From Octopus vulgaris (taxonomy: Eukaryota), in NCBI GenBank assembly GCA_951406725.2, contig OX597818.1:81096001-81160000 (forward strand): a DNA stretch of 64,000 bases. Reading direction: 5' to 3'. Both the position numbers and the translations under genes were made by a program. Under the pieces are notes generated by a model. It did not search any database. It saw only the letters and a program-made list of their open reading frames with translations, and had not been told where the DNA came from. Each line of letters opens with the position of its first letter. The stretch's first letter is position 1. Below are positions 1 to 13,058 of the stretch, one piece after another.

Positions 1-355
1 TCAATATTAGTTACTGTATTACACATACATAGTGAAATAGACGTACTTTAATAAATTGTACATACAAATACACTTTTCTCCTCGAGTTATGATTGAATTC
101 CGTTCCGACCGACTAGTCGTAAAATTCCCATCTTCATTTTACGGAAGGACAATCTAGATAATATAATTATAAATTTCAAAAAGATGAAATAGCCACGGTT
201 GTAATATCTTTAACGATAGAACTGATCTGTTACAGCTGATTTCAAACGAAACATTATCAACTTTATCACCCGACAGCAACATTCAAGGGATATAACTCGA
301 GTAAATTAGTTTGAGTTACTCCCCTTATAAATCCATATTCCATCTTAACGTGCAC

Positions 356-356
<1 letters not shown>

Positions 357-444
<88 letters not shown>

Positions 445-492
445 AATCTATCTATCTATCTTTCAATCTGTCTGCCTATCTGTCTGTCTGTC
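357..492. repeat. (TATC)n/(TGTC)n microsatellite
   Basis: Direct tandem repeat; explains ORF 311..517 (IYLS repeats). Confidence 0.95.
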
Positions 493-2771
493 TGGCTATG
501 TCATAGTATATCTTTAAATCTGTGATTGTATGTATCAGTCTGTACCGCATAATTAACTTTTAAAGCCCCTCTATTAAATACGTTAGCATGTTTCCTTGCC
601 TCTGGTGACTGAGTGATTTATGCTCCAATTTACCATAAAAACCATCGCACACTACTGTTAATTCATTTAATGATTCTTGTGACAAGCATCATGAAGTTTT
701 GCCTTGCTGAATGCATCTAATGCAGCCGTAAGATACTGTACTGGAAAATTTGAAACTAGAAATGTCTCGGATTTCTATAATATTCAGTTTTCTGGAGATA
801 GGCTAAATATACATACTTAAAATATAAAATAAACTATGAAAAGTGTTAAATCGTATTTAACAGATTCAAATTACATTTCTGAAACAAGGTCTGTTCGATA
901 TTTATTAATTCACTTAAAATCTTTTTAATATATTATATTGTACAATGTATACAATTATAGGATGAAGATTTAAACGAAGGGAAGTAAAAAACATGATTTT
1001 CTTTAACAGGCACAAACACAAATTAATGCAATTCTAAAGCAGAGAATGTTTAGTTTTTATCAATGCACTTACAAAAGGAAAGAACAAAACTATTTTTAAT
1101 ACATCGAATACAAATTAACCATCTTCAAAAACAGGGTCTGTTTATTCAATACAGTATTCCCAGATTTATGGAATCCGGATTAGCGGATTGGCAAAATGTG
1201 GCGTACTGAAAGGGATTATCTATACATTGTTCTGGGTGGAGAAGCACTTTGAGGAAACCTGAATGTATGAAGTAAGTCTTGCAATGAGAAAAAACTTGAC
1301 CGAAAGTGGTTGTACTGGGCTGGGATGACTCAATGTATTTGTGACTCTATACCATTGCAAGACTCATCTCCCTTGTCAGTGCCTACAACGCCACTCTGTC
1401 CTGGGTATGACGCGTTTTGGCCCTGACTCTTTGCCGTCGCTGATTCGATGTTGACTTATTTGACATCAAATATTTTGTTCCTGGGACCTTTTGACGTCGT
1501 GAAAACTTTGTTTTCCTCTAGTTGATTTGTAGTAGTTTGTAATCACAACTACTAAATTTGTAATTTGTTATCACAACTTTGTAATCCTAACTACTAAACT
1601 GCTCTACTACTGAACTTCATTTAGCACCCCGTTTCACTTTATGTATGTGGTGGCTAGTGAAAATGTATGTCGATTGGTTTCAATAAATAAATTGTAGTTT
1701 CTATCTTTCACCTCTTCTCTTTTTTCTGTCTATCAATCCGTATGTGCATTTTTTACGTGCGCGTTTTCCTCCTGTGCCCAAAGTCCTGTCGTTAAAACGG
1801 ATTCAGTGTCTAGTTAGCAGTGCGAACTCACCAGCGTCCCAACAGCTGCGCTAAATCGTCTTGTTCCAGCCTGTCCTCTATATTAGAGGCAAAAATTGAG
1901 TTCTATGACAATCTCACTACCATCATCAGGGACAACTCAAAAGAAAGAACGATTTATTTCTCCTCCTGAGTGACTTCAGTTCCTTCATGCAATTCTCGTC
2001 TACCGTCTGCCAAATTCTCTCACAGTCATTGGCCGGCCCAGGGCTGTAGTTAAACCACTTGCTCAAAGTGCCAATACTCCCTCCCTCCTCCAATCTGGAT
2101 GCTGTCTTAAGGCTTGGGCGCACTAGGCTGGTGCCCCGGGACCTAATGAGTCTAGAGGTCCATTTCTGATTTATGTATATTGAGGCTTGGTTTGCCCAGC
2201 GGCCTATATAAGGCTACTAAGGCGGCCTTGCTTCCAGCCTTTCATTAATCATTTGCACAAAGTGGTACCGTCCGTTCTTTTGATCTTTTGAGTTTTTGTA
2301 CTACTTCTTACGCTTTTCAACGTTGTTTCCTTTATTTACTTATCACTGATTTACGACTGAATTTTGTTTTTCACTGCTTTCGTGGATTTTCCTCACTCTC
2401 TGTTGCCATCCAATTTCATTACCATGAATTTGAATTGGGTGCTTTAGTGATAGCAAATATTTCATTAGCTGATTACTCAACGTTATGGATGCGTTGCAGT
2501 TACTCGCTTGATAAGAGATTCATGATACTAACCGTTGATCTTCTAGGATTCCACCGCTCAGCATTAATGTAAGAAGCACTGCTGGTTCAGTTGATCTTTT
2601 CCGCTACCTTTTCACAACACACCATACTGCAGTCCCATCACTTCACCGTATTCCTGGCAGGGTGGCTGAATGGGTGCCACGCCTTACCAAAGGACAGCCC
2701 GAAACTATACAGCGCACAGTCGTTAATCCGTGAGGTATTTTCAAAGTACCCGCATACTCACAAATGTGAGT

Positions 2772-2889
2772 TGTTACAGCACATAGGTTTCCCAAGCAGT
2801 CACCCATCTGAGTATTAATTAGACTCGAGATTACTTAACTTCGGTGATCGGATGAGACCTAGTGGATTCAACGTGATATGGCCAATCGT
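2772..2889 (-). pseudogene. 5S rRNA-derived sequence (pseudogene or head of a 5S-derived SINE)
   Basis: Minus strand reads ggccatatcacgttgaatccactaggtctcatccgatcaccgaagttaag...gatgggtgactgcttgggaaacctatgtgctgtaac. This is colinear with metazoan 5S rRNA over about 118 nt but has many substitutions and no oligo-T terminator. Confidence 0.85.
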
Positions 2890-2961
2890 ATACGGAGTAT
2901 TAATTATTTACTCCACTGAACACAAATTCTCGCCATTTAAACCTACCTCAAAGTTATTCTT

Positions 2962-3172
2962 TTTTACTCTCAGCACACGGCCCGAAACTTTTGGGGAGGG
3001 GGCCGGTCGATTACATCGACGCCAGTACGCAACTGGTACTTAATTTATCGACCGCTAAATGATGAAAGGCAAAGTCGACCTCAGCGGGTTTCGAATTCAG
3101 AACGTAAAGACAGACGAAATACCACTAAGCAATACGCTTGGCGTACTAACGTTTCTGCCAACTCGCCGCCTT
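2962..3172 (-). mobile_element. tRNA-derived SINE, family B
   Basis: Head ggcggcgagttggcagaaacgttag; central block ctttgcctttcatc...gtcgataaattaagtaccag is shared with several other copies in the window. Confidence 0.85.
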
Positions 3173-3356
3173 TATCTCAGAGTGATTACTTCATAAACGG
3201 ACCCTTGGTTTATATACGTTGCGATTACTTCGATACATATCCACCATATACATAGGATTGTAAACCACCTACGTCTAGTTAATCTATTATTTCCGATTGA
3301 TCTCTTGGGAATTGGTCACTCGTCAACTCCATCTCTAATTGTAAGTGTAAATCATA

Positions 3357-3515
3357 AGCGCAGGTATACCTGTGTAGTTAAAGGTCTCGCATTGTAACCA
3401 CGCGATCTCGGGTTAAGTTCAACAGGACGACACCTTGGGCAAGTATTTCTATTTTAGCCTCGGGCCAACAAATACATTGTGAATGAATTTAGTTGACGGA
3501 AACTGTGGAAACTCG

Positions 3516-3518
<3 letters not shown>
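3357..3518 (+). mobile_element. tRNA-derived SINE, family A, 5' half (decayed)
   Basis: Matches the 5' half of the full copy at 35815 (caccttgggcaagt...gacggaaactg). Confidence 0.7.
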
Positions 3519-3567
<49 letters not shown>

Positions 3568-3575
<8 letters not shown>

Positions 3576-5164
3576 TTCGAGACAAAACCACTATTTTGCA
3601 ATACAAACAAGGAAAGACTTAATCAATACATAAAAAATTTTAATATAAAGAAATAAACCGCCACTACAATCGTTTCATGTCTTCAATGACATTCGTCAGG
3701 TGGATTTTCGATCTAAAATATCAATATATTAAAATATAAGTTTAAAATAATAAAATTATCAATGAAAAATATAAATATATATAATCTATATATAATCTAT
3801 ATATAATCAATATATAATCTAAAATAAACCCTATAAACAATTGAATATAAAGAAACCTATTATTAAAGTTCTCATATTTAAAGATGTACAAAAAACAAAA
3901 AACAAAAAACAAAAAAACAAAAACAAAAACAAAAAACAAAAAACAAAAACCAAAAAACCAAAAAACAAAAAAACAAAAACAAAAACAAAATAAAAATAAA
4001 CTATATATACACACATGCTCATACACATATAACTATCTCCTTATGTTAATCTTGTTACTTATGATAATCTGGTTACTTATGGAGTATTTTATATATCGTA
4101 TTATGTGTAGATATGTTGTTTTTCTTTGGAGTGTTTATGTATGTGTGAATGTGTGTGTGTGTGCGTATTTGGTTGTGTAATTTTTTATCTATATGGGTGT
4201 GGGTGTGAATATATTGTTGTATATATCGAGTTTAGTGCGTATGTATATGTATATAGAGGGGGTATATGTATATGTTATGGGTGTGTGTTTTACGTATGTG
4301 TATTTTTGTGTGTGAATGTATTATGGGGATTGCTATATAGGTATTATTGTGTTTGGTAAAGGGTGTTTTATCATTATATGTATATATGGGTTTCATTATC
4401 ATGATTGGTTTATTAATGATTTTGGAGTAAATTCTGTGTATTTACGTTGATTAAATATTATTCCATTCTTTCCATTCATAATTTAAAAAAAAACGTTCGA
4501 TCACCACGCGCAAAAAATTGTTTATTTTTCTTTTGAGTGTTTATGTATGTGTGAATGTGTGTGTGTGTGTGTGATTGTTTGCGTAATTTATTTATCTGTA
4601 TGGGTGTGGGTGTGAATATATTGGTGTATATATCGAGTTCTGTATGTATGTATATGTATGTGTGAGCGGGTATATGTATATTGTTTATGACTGTGGGTTG
4701 TATGTGTGTGTGAGGGAGTATGAATAAGTAATGTGTTGAAGTATTTGGCTATTTTATTAATTTATTCATTTATCGTTGCCTAGACGTTTTTATGTGTATG
4801 TATAGAGATATATATATATTGGTGTGTGAGTTAGTGTATGTATTTAGATATGGTTATATATATTTAGTTATATGTGTATGAGCATGTGTGTATATATAGT
4901 TTATTTTTATTTTGTTTTTGTTTTTTTTTGTTTTTTGTTTTTTTTTTGTTTTTTTTTTGTTTTTTGTCATTGAAGACATGAAACGATTGTAGTGGCGGTT
5001 TATTTATTTATATTAAAAATTTTTATGTATTGATTAAGTCTTTCCTTGTTTGTATTGCAAAATAGTGGTTTTGTCTCGAATTAATATTATATAATATTTT
5101 ACTATAAAATTGGATTTAATCCTAAATCTGATTTTTTCCCTGTAAATTTGGATTTATTCCCTAA

Positions 5165-5170
<6 letters not shown>
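3568..5170. mobile_element. Non-autonomous Penelope-like element with long inverted arms, inserted in (TA)n
   Basis: 3568-3690 is the reverse complement of about 4965-5088, and about 3990-4035 of about 4865-4910. There is an extra ~80-nt tail at 5090-5170, an HHR in the left arm, and the same family recurs at 60527-61305. Confidence 0.75.
3661..3703 (-). ncRNA. Type I hammerhead ribozyme motif (minimal)
   Basis: Minus strand: ccac CTGACGA atgtc-attgaa-gacat GAAA cgattg TA gtgg. Stem I ccac/gtgg, 5-bp stem II, GUA cleavage triplet. Confidence 0.85.
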
Positions 5171-5222
<52 letters not shown>

Positions 5223-5308
5223 AATGGATGAATGAATAATCCTTTGTTTACAGTTAACATGGAAAATTCAATAAACAGTTATCAGGGTAGCAAAATACCA
5301 GCCCTTCC

Positions 5309-5309
5309 C

Positions 5310-5373
<64 letters not shown>

Positions 5374-5399
5374 CAACAATAATAATAATAATAATAATG

Positions 5400-5457
<58 letters not shown>

Positions 5458-5835
5458 CAACATAGTTTTGGTCTCTGAGGACAACTCCAACAGAATTAAA
5501 TTTATGTCTAATAATTCTAAGATTAAGAATTCTATATACCAATGTAAAATTACTTCAGGTACCGATGTCTATTTCTATATTGCGATTCCTCTTCCCAGTT
5601 ATCTAAGAGAATTTCCAATCATTATTCTTCATTTAGGGATAGCAGTAAACGCAATAGCACAGGGCTTAGTAAATTGGTTTGGTATCTTAAAGACAACAAT
5701 AAGGATTTTAAGTTAGATTGGTCCATCCTGTCCATCTCTTTCCCCTATGACAAGGGCAAAGGATTCTGTAACATTTGCAACTCTGAACTCTTCCATATTC
5801 TCTTCTCTAAGAATTATCTTGTTAACACACTTATG
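5309..5835 (+). pseudogene. Penelope-like retroelement GIY-YIG endonuclease fragment, preceded by in-frame poly-Asn
   Basis: NSIYQCKITSGTDVYFYI, then a frameshift near 5582, then DSSSQLSKRISNHYSSFRDSSKRNSTGLSKLVWYLKDNNKDFKLDWSILSISFPYDKGKGFCNICNSELFHILFSKNYLVN. This follows the PLE endonuclease pattern IY..YIG..R..NH..SF..ST.LS..W.LK..W.IL..C..C..E. Confidence 0.85.
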
Positions 5836-6173
5836 TAGCGATCGTACAGATGTAAACACCGACAGAAACACACCATATAAGTGATTTATACCAGTCTGTA
5901 TAGTTTAAACATTTAGTTCACCTTGCACTTTACTTCAATAGAGAAATCTATTTCCAAGTCTTTGAACATTTTTTTCAACCAACATATCCCTCTATATTTC
6001 TCCTTTATTTGTTCTATACTTATTATTTCTTTACCCCTTCTCTTCCTACGGTCTACCTTTGACATCAGATCTACTAACGGTTATTTTTTTAAATACTTAA
6101 TAGCGTTCTGTTTATCATTTATGCAGTCATCAAAATTGTTATAATGTCTTGTTGTTGAGATGGGTTTTCTTTC

Positions 6174-6257
6174 TTTCCTGATGAGAAGATTACATTATTT
6201 TACACCGTTTATTCCTTTGGAATAAAACCAATGTTGTCTTCGAAACATATGTCGAAA
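6174..6257 (+). ncRNA. Type I hammerhead ribozyme motif with extended stem II, in the 3' region of the PLE
   Basis: tttc CTGATGA gaaga...tcttc GAAA catatg TC gaaa. Palindromic stem III (catatg), GUC triplet, stem I tttc/gaaa; about 340 nt downstream of the GIY-YIG fragment on the same strand. Confidence 0.8.
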
Positions 6258-6302
6258 ATAAAAGAACTTTGAATAACATCTGCGTTCAACTCCATTTATT
6301 TA

Positions 6303-6343
<41 letters not shown>

Positions 6344-6464
6344 GAGGAATGTATGAAAAATTTTGAGCCTTGAAGTCTTGTACCTTCGTCAGAGGTACCA
6401 TGTTTTGTTTTTTCTGAGGTTCAGGACATATGTATATGTATGTGTGCCTCAGTTTAAACCATTA

Positions 6465-7025
6465 CGAAATATTAGGTATACGAAGACACGCCCATTAGCC
6501 ATTTTTTCACCTTCGATCTTTGTTTACATCTGATGTTTTGGATATGAAACGTCGTAACGAAATCAGTGCTGGTTATAATTTCTATAGAAAATCTGTAGAG
6601 ACGACCTAATCACGTGCTTAAAGTGCACTGCTGACACAGTAGGACACAATATTGACTTATAAAATCGTTTGATATACTTTGTTGTATATTATGAATGCAT
6701 AACTAAATACCACGTAGCCACAAATCATTAATATTTACGTATCAGCTTCCAGGAATGTGTTTAATATGTAAATTGGTATATCCAGTACCGTTACACCACT
6801 GTATTTAGTGGCTATTTAAGCAATGAATTAGTGGATGATTAATGGGTTAGATGGGTGCTGATGAAGGAGCGAAAACTCCTCAAATATGGCATATATACAC
6901 TCGTTAACCATTTTTTCATCTTCGATCTCACTGTTTATATCTGACGTCTCGGATACGAAACGTCGTAACAAAATCAATGCTGGCAACAATTTCTATAGTA
7001 AATCTGTAGAGACGACCTTATCATA
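6465..7025 (+). mobile_element. Decayed partial-tandem PLE-type element with degenerate HHR at 6853-6902
   Basis: A ~130-bp direct repeat (about 6490-6612 and 6900-7023); gggtg CTGATGA a ggag..ctcc tcaaa tatggcata TA cactc has lost its GAAA. Confidence 0.5.
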
Positions 7026-7934
7026 TTACCATTTGCCCACTTCCATTAGTGCCACATCAGTAGCCGTCTAAAATACGGGACGTTTTTTCTGCTGTACCCT
7101 GTATAGCTCGGTGTATTCGGCATCTTATGGCTTTTGCGCTGACGTATCCTTATGTATTTATGAGTGCCTCACTCCAAGAAATATGATCGTAGTTTCGTTT
7201 TATATCATTAAATTGTAGCTCTAAACCTTATTTTTGTTTCCTTTTATTTTGGTTGTGGAATTTATCTTATTTCCATGTCTTACAAAAACTGGCTTCAACA
7301 TAGAAATAACTCAAATATGTTTTTTTTTATGTGTTCATTTACGCTTCGTATGGAATCGAATTTCTGCACAGTTACGAGGTTTGTAACCTGTTGATTTTTT
7401 TTCTTTTTTGGAAGGTGCCGATTAAATAATCAAATTTGATGTTTTTCAAGAATTATTCACGGTCAAATATTGCGAACCGATTTCATAAAGAAAAATAGCA
7501 GTGAGTCAGAAATCAATCTGAAGTCAAGAAACGTATAGATGTAAAAATACAATACAACATCCTACCCACCATCCGCGCCCAAATCTATGGCAGAATAGAA
7601 TACAGTAACGTACAATCAGCAATGTACGGTTGTTGGTGTACTTGATATTGTCAGAATTTATGAACTTTTGAAAGGTCTTGAAATGATTCTTTTTCAAAAT
7701 TGGATCTCGAAGCTTACATGAAGCGATAAATAACGGAATGTAAATACAGCGTTAAAAAACTTCGGGCAACCTTCAATTTTTTTCTATCCAAAAGGGGTTT
7801 TCAATCCAATATTTATATGCTATTATTTATAGCTTACGGTATTTGTGCTTCGAGATCCAATCCCCCCGCCCCAAAAAAAAAATAAGAGAGTAATATTATA
7901 ACTGTGTACAACAAACTGAAGTGAATATTCTTTA

Positions 7935-8308
7935 ATTCTTTTGCTTGTTTCAGTCATCTTGACTGTGGCCATACTGGAGCACCGCCTTTTAGTCGAAGAA
8001 ATCGACCGCTGGACTTATTCTTCGTAAGCCTGGCACTTATTCTATCGGCTACTTTTGGCGAACCGCTAAGTTACGGGGACGTAAATACCAACATTGGTTC
8101 TCAAGCGCAGACACATGAGTGGGGGGACAAACATAGACACAAACACACGCACATACCCCCCCCCCACAGGGTTTCCACCTATCAAATACACACAAGGTTT
8201 TGGTCGGCCCGAGGCTTTAATAGAAGATACAGATACTTGCAATGGGACTGAACCCGGAACCATGTGGTTGGGAAGCAAGCTTCTTACCACACAGCCACAC
8301 CTGTACCT
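7935..8308 (-). mobile_element. tRNA-derived SINE, family A
   Basis: Reverse complement of the family A copy at 35815, with internal deletions. Confidence 0.85.
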
Positions 8309-9049
8309 ATATTGATTATTTTTTTATCTGTCTATTTTTAACCAATCAAAAGTGATTAAAAATCAATATGGCACTGTCACTTGCCCACGGTCGAGTATTT
8401 TGGTTGATACTGGTCCAAATAAATCACATCCATGTCAGTATCAATTCACGCTTTGCTTTACAACCCGCACAAGACAAAATAACGGGCAAAAATTGAGCGA
8501 AATTGCTCTTGAGGCAGACAAGGGCATTGGCGACGGCGTTGGTGACAGCGTTGGTGAGCTATGAATATGTCAGCTCAAATGTATTTAGCTGATGAAGAAA
8601 ATGGTAATTACTGGAAAATCAAAGATGAGGAATTCTGTAGTTTGAACAATTCTATGTCATTTTTTTGACTTTCTGTTGTTTGTTCTAAATTGATGGCTAT
8701 GGAAATATGTAAAGCGATGACATGACATGAATACAGGAGAATGTGCTCGCAGTAGTATTTTCCTGTTCTTCTTTATTGTATCTAGTGTCAGTTGTGATAT
8801 ATTGGTGAACAACAGTGAATTACAATAGAAGTTGTGTGATGAGTCGATATCTTTCAGTTAAAAAGTGGGAATAATTTGATTAACTAAAAGATTTTGGTTG
8901 GCGTAATGGCAAGTTGTGTGGGGAGACGGCAAAAGAAAAATGCTACGTTTACGAACTCGCGACTAGCAAAACTGCTGAACTGGTCTGTGCTCCGATAAAC
9001 AGGTATATATAAAAAATAAGTGTTTGGATGTAAGACAGTCATGGTAGTA

Positions 9050-9545
9050 GACCAAACTGTATGCGTAGATGTAGTGACTCTTATGCATGTGCACTATCTG
9101 TGTATGAATCTTAACATATATACACCATTGACAGAAACGATACTGTGTTTTTTGTCTTAGAGAAAATCTCTTCATAGACATATTGAGTTAAAAATACAAT
9201 ATATAGTATACATCGGAACGAGATGAACGTCGTTCCAGGAACGACTCATTCATTTTCAGTTATACATTGGAGGTGACAGATTTCGTCTAGGTATGTGATT
9301 ACACAGAAAAAGATATTGATAAGCCTCAAGAAAAGCGAAATGCATCAGGCGTTCAGTGAGCCAATGCTGAGATGAGGTTCGTCTTGTTTGAAAATATATT
9401 GTTTCTTTAACACAGAATGTCTATGAAGAGATCTCTCAGACAAAGGCCACAGCATAATACCTGTCAATTTTGAAGATACATTAAGTATGTTACACAGATG
9501 ACTATTCAAATTTAATGCTGTTTAACTGCATATACCGAGTTTATA
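9050..9545. mobile_element. Old foldback/MITE-like inverted repeat
   Basis: tgacag...ctcttcatagaca...caatatat (about 9130-9203) is inverted relative to atatattg...tgtctatgaagag...ctgtca (about 9395-9466); weaker symmetry extends outward. Confidence 0.5.
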
Positions 9546-10434
9546 TAATATATGCATATAACTTTCAGTCAGTATAGTCACCAAGTTTAGTATAGGTATG
9601 TGCAATTATTCAGTTAAGTCAGATTACAGATGTATGTTAAGCCAATTCATCTTTTTCACAAGTTTTCAAATGAAAGCAGCTGATGGTCGGCTTCTTCCTT
9701 GCTTTCCGTAATAGAATGTATATATTGCCGGCGACGTGGTTGAAGACTAACTGTGAACCAAGCGTAAATCTGAATCGGTTAATGCTGCTGTGTGGGGTTG
9801 CTGAGTGGTGATTAAATGTGCCGAGGTAAAAGTTTTTGTTTTTATTCGTAGAAATTTTACATTTAGACATGGACGTGAATTCGTACGCAGTTGCAAGGTC
9901 ATAACCTATTGATTTTAGAAGATACCGATTAATAATCAAATTTAATATTTTCTAAGAATAATTCACTGTCAAATATTGAAAATCAATTTTACAAAAAAAA
10001 AAAAAATAAAAATGAAAAGAAGAAGCAAAATGTAGAAATCAAACTTGGTAAGTAATAGGAAGTATGTGTATTATAACGTGTTAGAAACGTACAGCAGAGT
10101 CAAGAATTGTAGTTAGTTGTGTACAACAAATAGATGCATTAATGCAAGCAGGATGTAACAAATTTTTTTGAGAATAGTTTACGATGTCTGAATAAGATGC
10201 ATTTCAATAAACAGAATTTATATACTCAGAATAACGATAGCTTCTGATCTAGAAAATAAAATAAAAAAAAAGACTTCAAATATAAAAAAAGTTAAAAGAT
10301 ACATAAAGCTATCAAAAAATATATTCAAGAGTAAGAATTTATATTAAGTTAACATTACAGAATGCTTGCGAGGGAGTCTCACCGACCAACATGGAATGTG
10401 ATATAACATGAATTAATTTTATTTCTATAAACTG

Positions 10435-10757
10435 GTGCTCCGTCGGTTACGACGACGAGGGTTCCATTTGATTCGATCAACAGAACAACTTGCTCGTGAA
10501 ATTAACGTACAAATGACTGAGCACTCCACATCCACGTGTACTTTTATTGTAGTTCGCAGGGAGATTCAGCGTGACACAGAATGTGACAAGGCTGGCCCCC
10601 TCGAATGTCAGATGCTATTCATTTTTGCCAGCGGCGTGGACTGGAGCAATGAAAAATAAAGTGTCTTGCTCAAGGATACAACGCGCTACCGGGAATGGAC
10701 CTAACGACCTTGCGATCGTGATCCGATTACCCTAACCACTAAGCTACGCCCCTCTCG
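10435..10757 (-). mobile_element. tRNA-derived SINE, family D variant, with 13-bp TSD
   Basis: TSD tttctataaactg at 10422-10434 and 10758-10770; head ...agcttagtggttagggt; body shared with 38570 and 52767. Confidence 0.9.
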
Positions 10758-10850
10758 TTTCTATAAACTGAGATGGGCTCCAAACGACGATCTCAAGGCA
10801 GGAAATACCGAAAACAAATTGAACACACACACACACACAGATATAAATAA

Positions 10851-11060
10851 AGGCGGCGTGCTGGCAGAAACGTTAGCATGCCGGGCGAATTGTTTAGCTG
10901 TATTTTGTCTTTACGTTCTGAGTTCAAATTCCGTCGAGGTCGATTTTGCCTGTTATCCTTTCGGGGTCGATAAAGTAAGTACCAGTAGCGGACAGCGGTC
11001 GATCTAATCGACTGACCCCCTCTCCAAAGATTTCGGGCCTTGTGCCTCGAATAGAAAAGT
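10851..11060 (+). mobile_element. tRNA-derived SINE, family B
   Basis: ggcggcgtgctggcagaaacgttagc...cctttcggggtcgataaagtaagtaccag. Confidence 0.85.
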
Positions 11061-11109
11061 ATATATATATATAAAAAGTATATATATATATATATATATA
11101 TTCTTTTTC

Positions 11110-11500
<391 letters not shown>

Positions 11501-11641
11501 AAATTAGAGAATGGAGAAACATACTTAAATATATATATATATATATGTATATATTTTATATATTTAAGAGATGAGGAATTATGTATATTATTTACATTAT
11601 TTACATTTGGACGGATATTTGTCTTCATCTTGTTTGTTGTT

Positions 11642-11687
11642 AACACAACGTTTCGGCTGATATATCCTCCAGCCTTCATCAGCTGTC
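11642..11687 (-). ncRNA. Minimal type I hammerhead ribozyme motif
   Basis: Minus strand: gacag CTGATGA a ggctg-gaggatatat-cagcc GAAA cg TT gtgtt. Perfect 5-bp stem II, AACGTT palindrome, one mismatch at the base of stem I. Confidence 0.7.
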
Positions 11688-11772
11688 TTGGGAAAATTTC
11701 GAACCTGGGTTCTCATTCCTAAGGTATTTTTCGATGTAATTATCATTATTATTATTATTATTATTATTATTC

Positions 11773-11840
<68 letters not shown>

Positions 11841-11858
11841 CATTATTATTATTAATTA

Positions 11859-11970
<112 letters not shown>

Positions 11971-12056
11971 CATCATCATTATTATTATTATCATTATTAT
12001 TATTATTCAGGTCACAGCCTGGAATCAAACTCGGAATCTTGGGGTTAGTAGCCCAC

Positions 12057-12127
12057 GGGCATATGGCGTAGTGGTTAAGAGTGCGGGCTACTAACCCCAG
12101 GATTCCGAGTTTGATTCCAGGCAGTGA

Positions 12128-12129
<2 letters not shown>
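12057..12129 (+). other. tRNA-like (Pol III) head of the HHR element; not a functional tRNA
   Basis: gggcata TGGCGTAGTGG ttaagagtgcgggct act aaccccaggattccg AGTTTGATTCC aggcagtgacc. Consensus A box, imperfect B box, ACT in the anticodon position, poorly paired acceptor stem. Confidence 0.75.
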
Positions 12130-12202
<73 letters not shown>

Positions 12203-12236
12203 CAATATCGAAAAATACCTTAGGAAATTTCACCAA

Positions 12237-12282
12237 GACACCTGATGAATGCTGGAGGGTATATCAGTCGAAACGTTGTGTT
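12237..12282 (+). ncRNA. Minimal type I hammerhead ribozyme motif
   Basis: gacac CTGATGA a tgctg-gagggtatat-cagtc GAAA cg TT gtgtt. Stem I gacac/gtgtt; stem II weakened by two substitutions relative to the 11642 copy. Confidence 0.7.
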
Positions 12283-12342
12283 AACAACAAACAAGATGAC
12301 AAATATCCTGTCAAATGTAAATAATGTAAATAATGTACATCT

Positions 12343-12600
12343 TTTATCTTCTACTTGTCTCAATCATTGGACTGCGGCAATGCTGGGGCACCGCCTTGAA
12401 GGGGGTTTACTCAAATAACTCGACCCCAGAAGATATATATACATGACGGGCTTGTTTCGGTTTCCGTCTACTAATGCCCTCACAAGGCTTTGGTTTGACC
12501 GAGGCTATAGCAGAAGTCACTTACCCATAGTGCGATATAGTGGAACTTGAACTCGTAACCACGCGGTTGGGAAGCAAACTGTTCACCAAACAGACACCAC
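12343..12600 (-). mobile_element. SINE family A, decayed and internally deleted
   Basis: cattggactgcggcaatgctggggcaccgcc and tttccgtctac...cacaaggctttgg motifs. Confidence 0.7.
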
Positions 12601-12721
12601 TACAACATAATCTAGTGCCGTACTGTTATGTTCTCGTATGTGTTCAGGTTGAAGAGTATCTAAACTTACTATACAGACATGTGTGCACAGAAACACATAA
12701 CTATAATGAGCACTAATGTAT

Positions 12722-12783
<62 letters not shown>

Positions 12784-13017
12784 AAGCATTCTGGCAATAT
12801 ATAAATATAGGAACTTATTTTAATGTAATAGAATTACATACTCTTATGCAAACAAACACACACACACTCACACACACATATACATACATACATTCACGCA
12901 CACATACACACATACATACGTACATACATAAATATATACATACATATATACATAGGTATGTACATACATAGATATTTGTATATGCATGTTTATATATATG
13001 TATATGGATATGTTTCT

Positions 13018-13058
<41 letters not shown>

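Noticed and set aside
1160-2290. Possible LTR or gag remnant (AATAAA at 1682, GC-richer block, ORF 1926..2123)
   Set aside because: No second LTR, clear primer-binding site or recognisable protein motif; cannot be supported without a library search.
2772-2889. Functional 5S rRNA gene
   Set aside because: Many substitutions, broken terminal helix, no terminator, single isolated copy.
4965-4995. Hammerhead in the right arm of the 3568 element
   Set aside because: Only stem II, GAAA and the cleavage side remain; CUGANGA and the 5' strand of stem I are deleted.
6935-6970. ctgacgt...gaaacgtc as an HHR (also near 6530)
   Set aside because: The core is CTGACGT or CTGATGT rather than CTGANGA, and no stem I forms.
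12057-12129. Functional tRNA gene (also 37580-37652 and the SINE heads)
   Set aside because: Acceptor and anticodon stems pair poorly, B boxes are imperfect, and each is embedded in a repeat.
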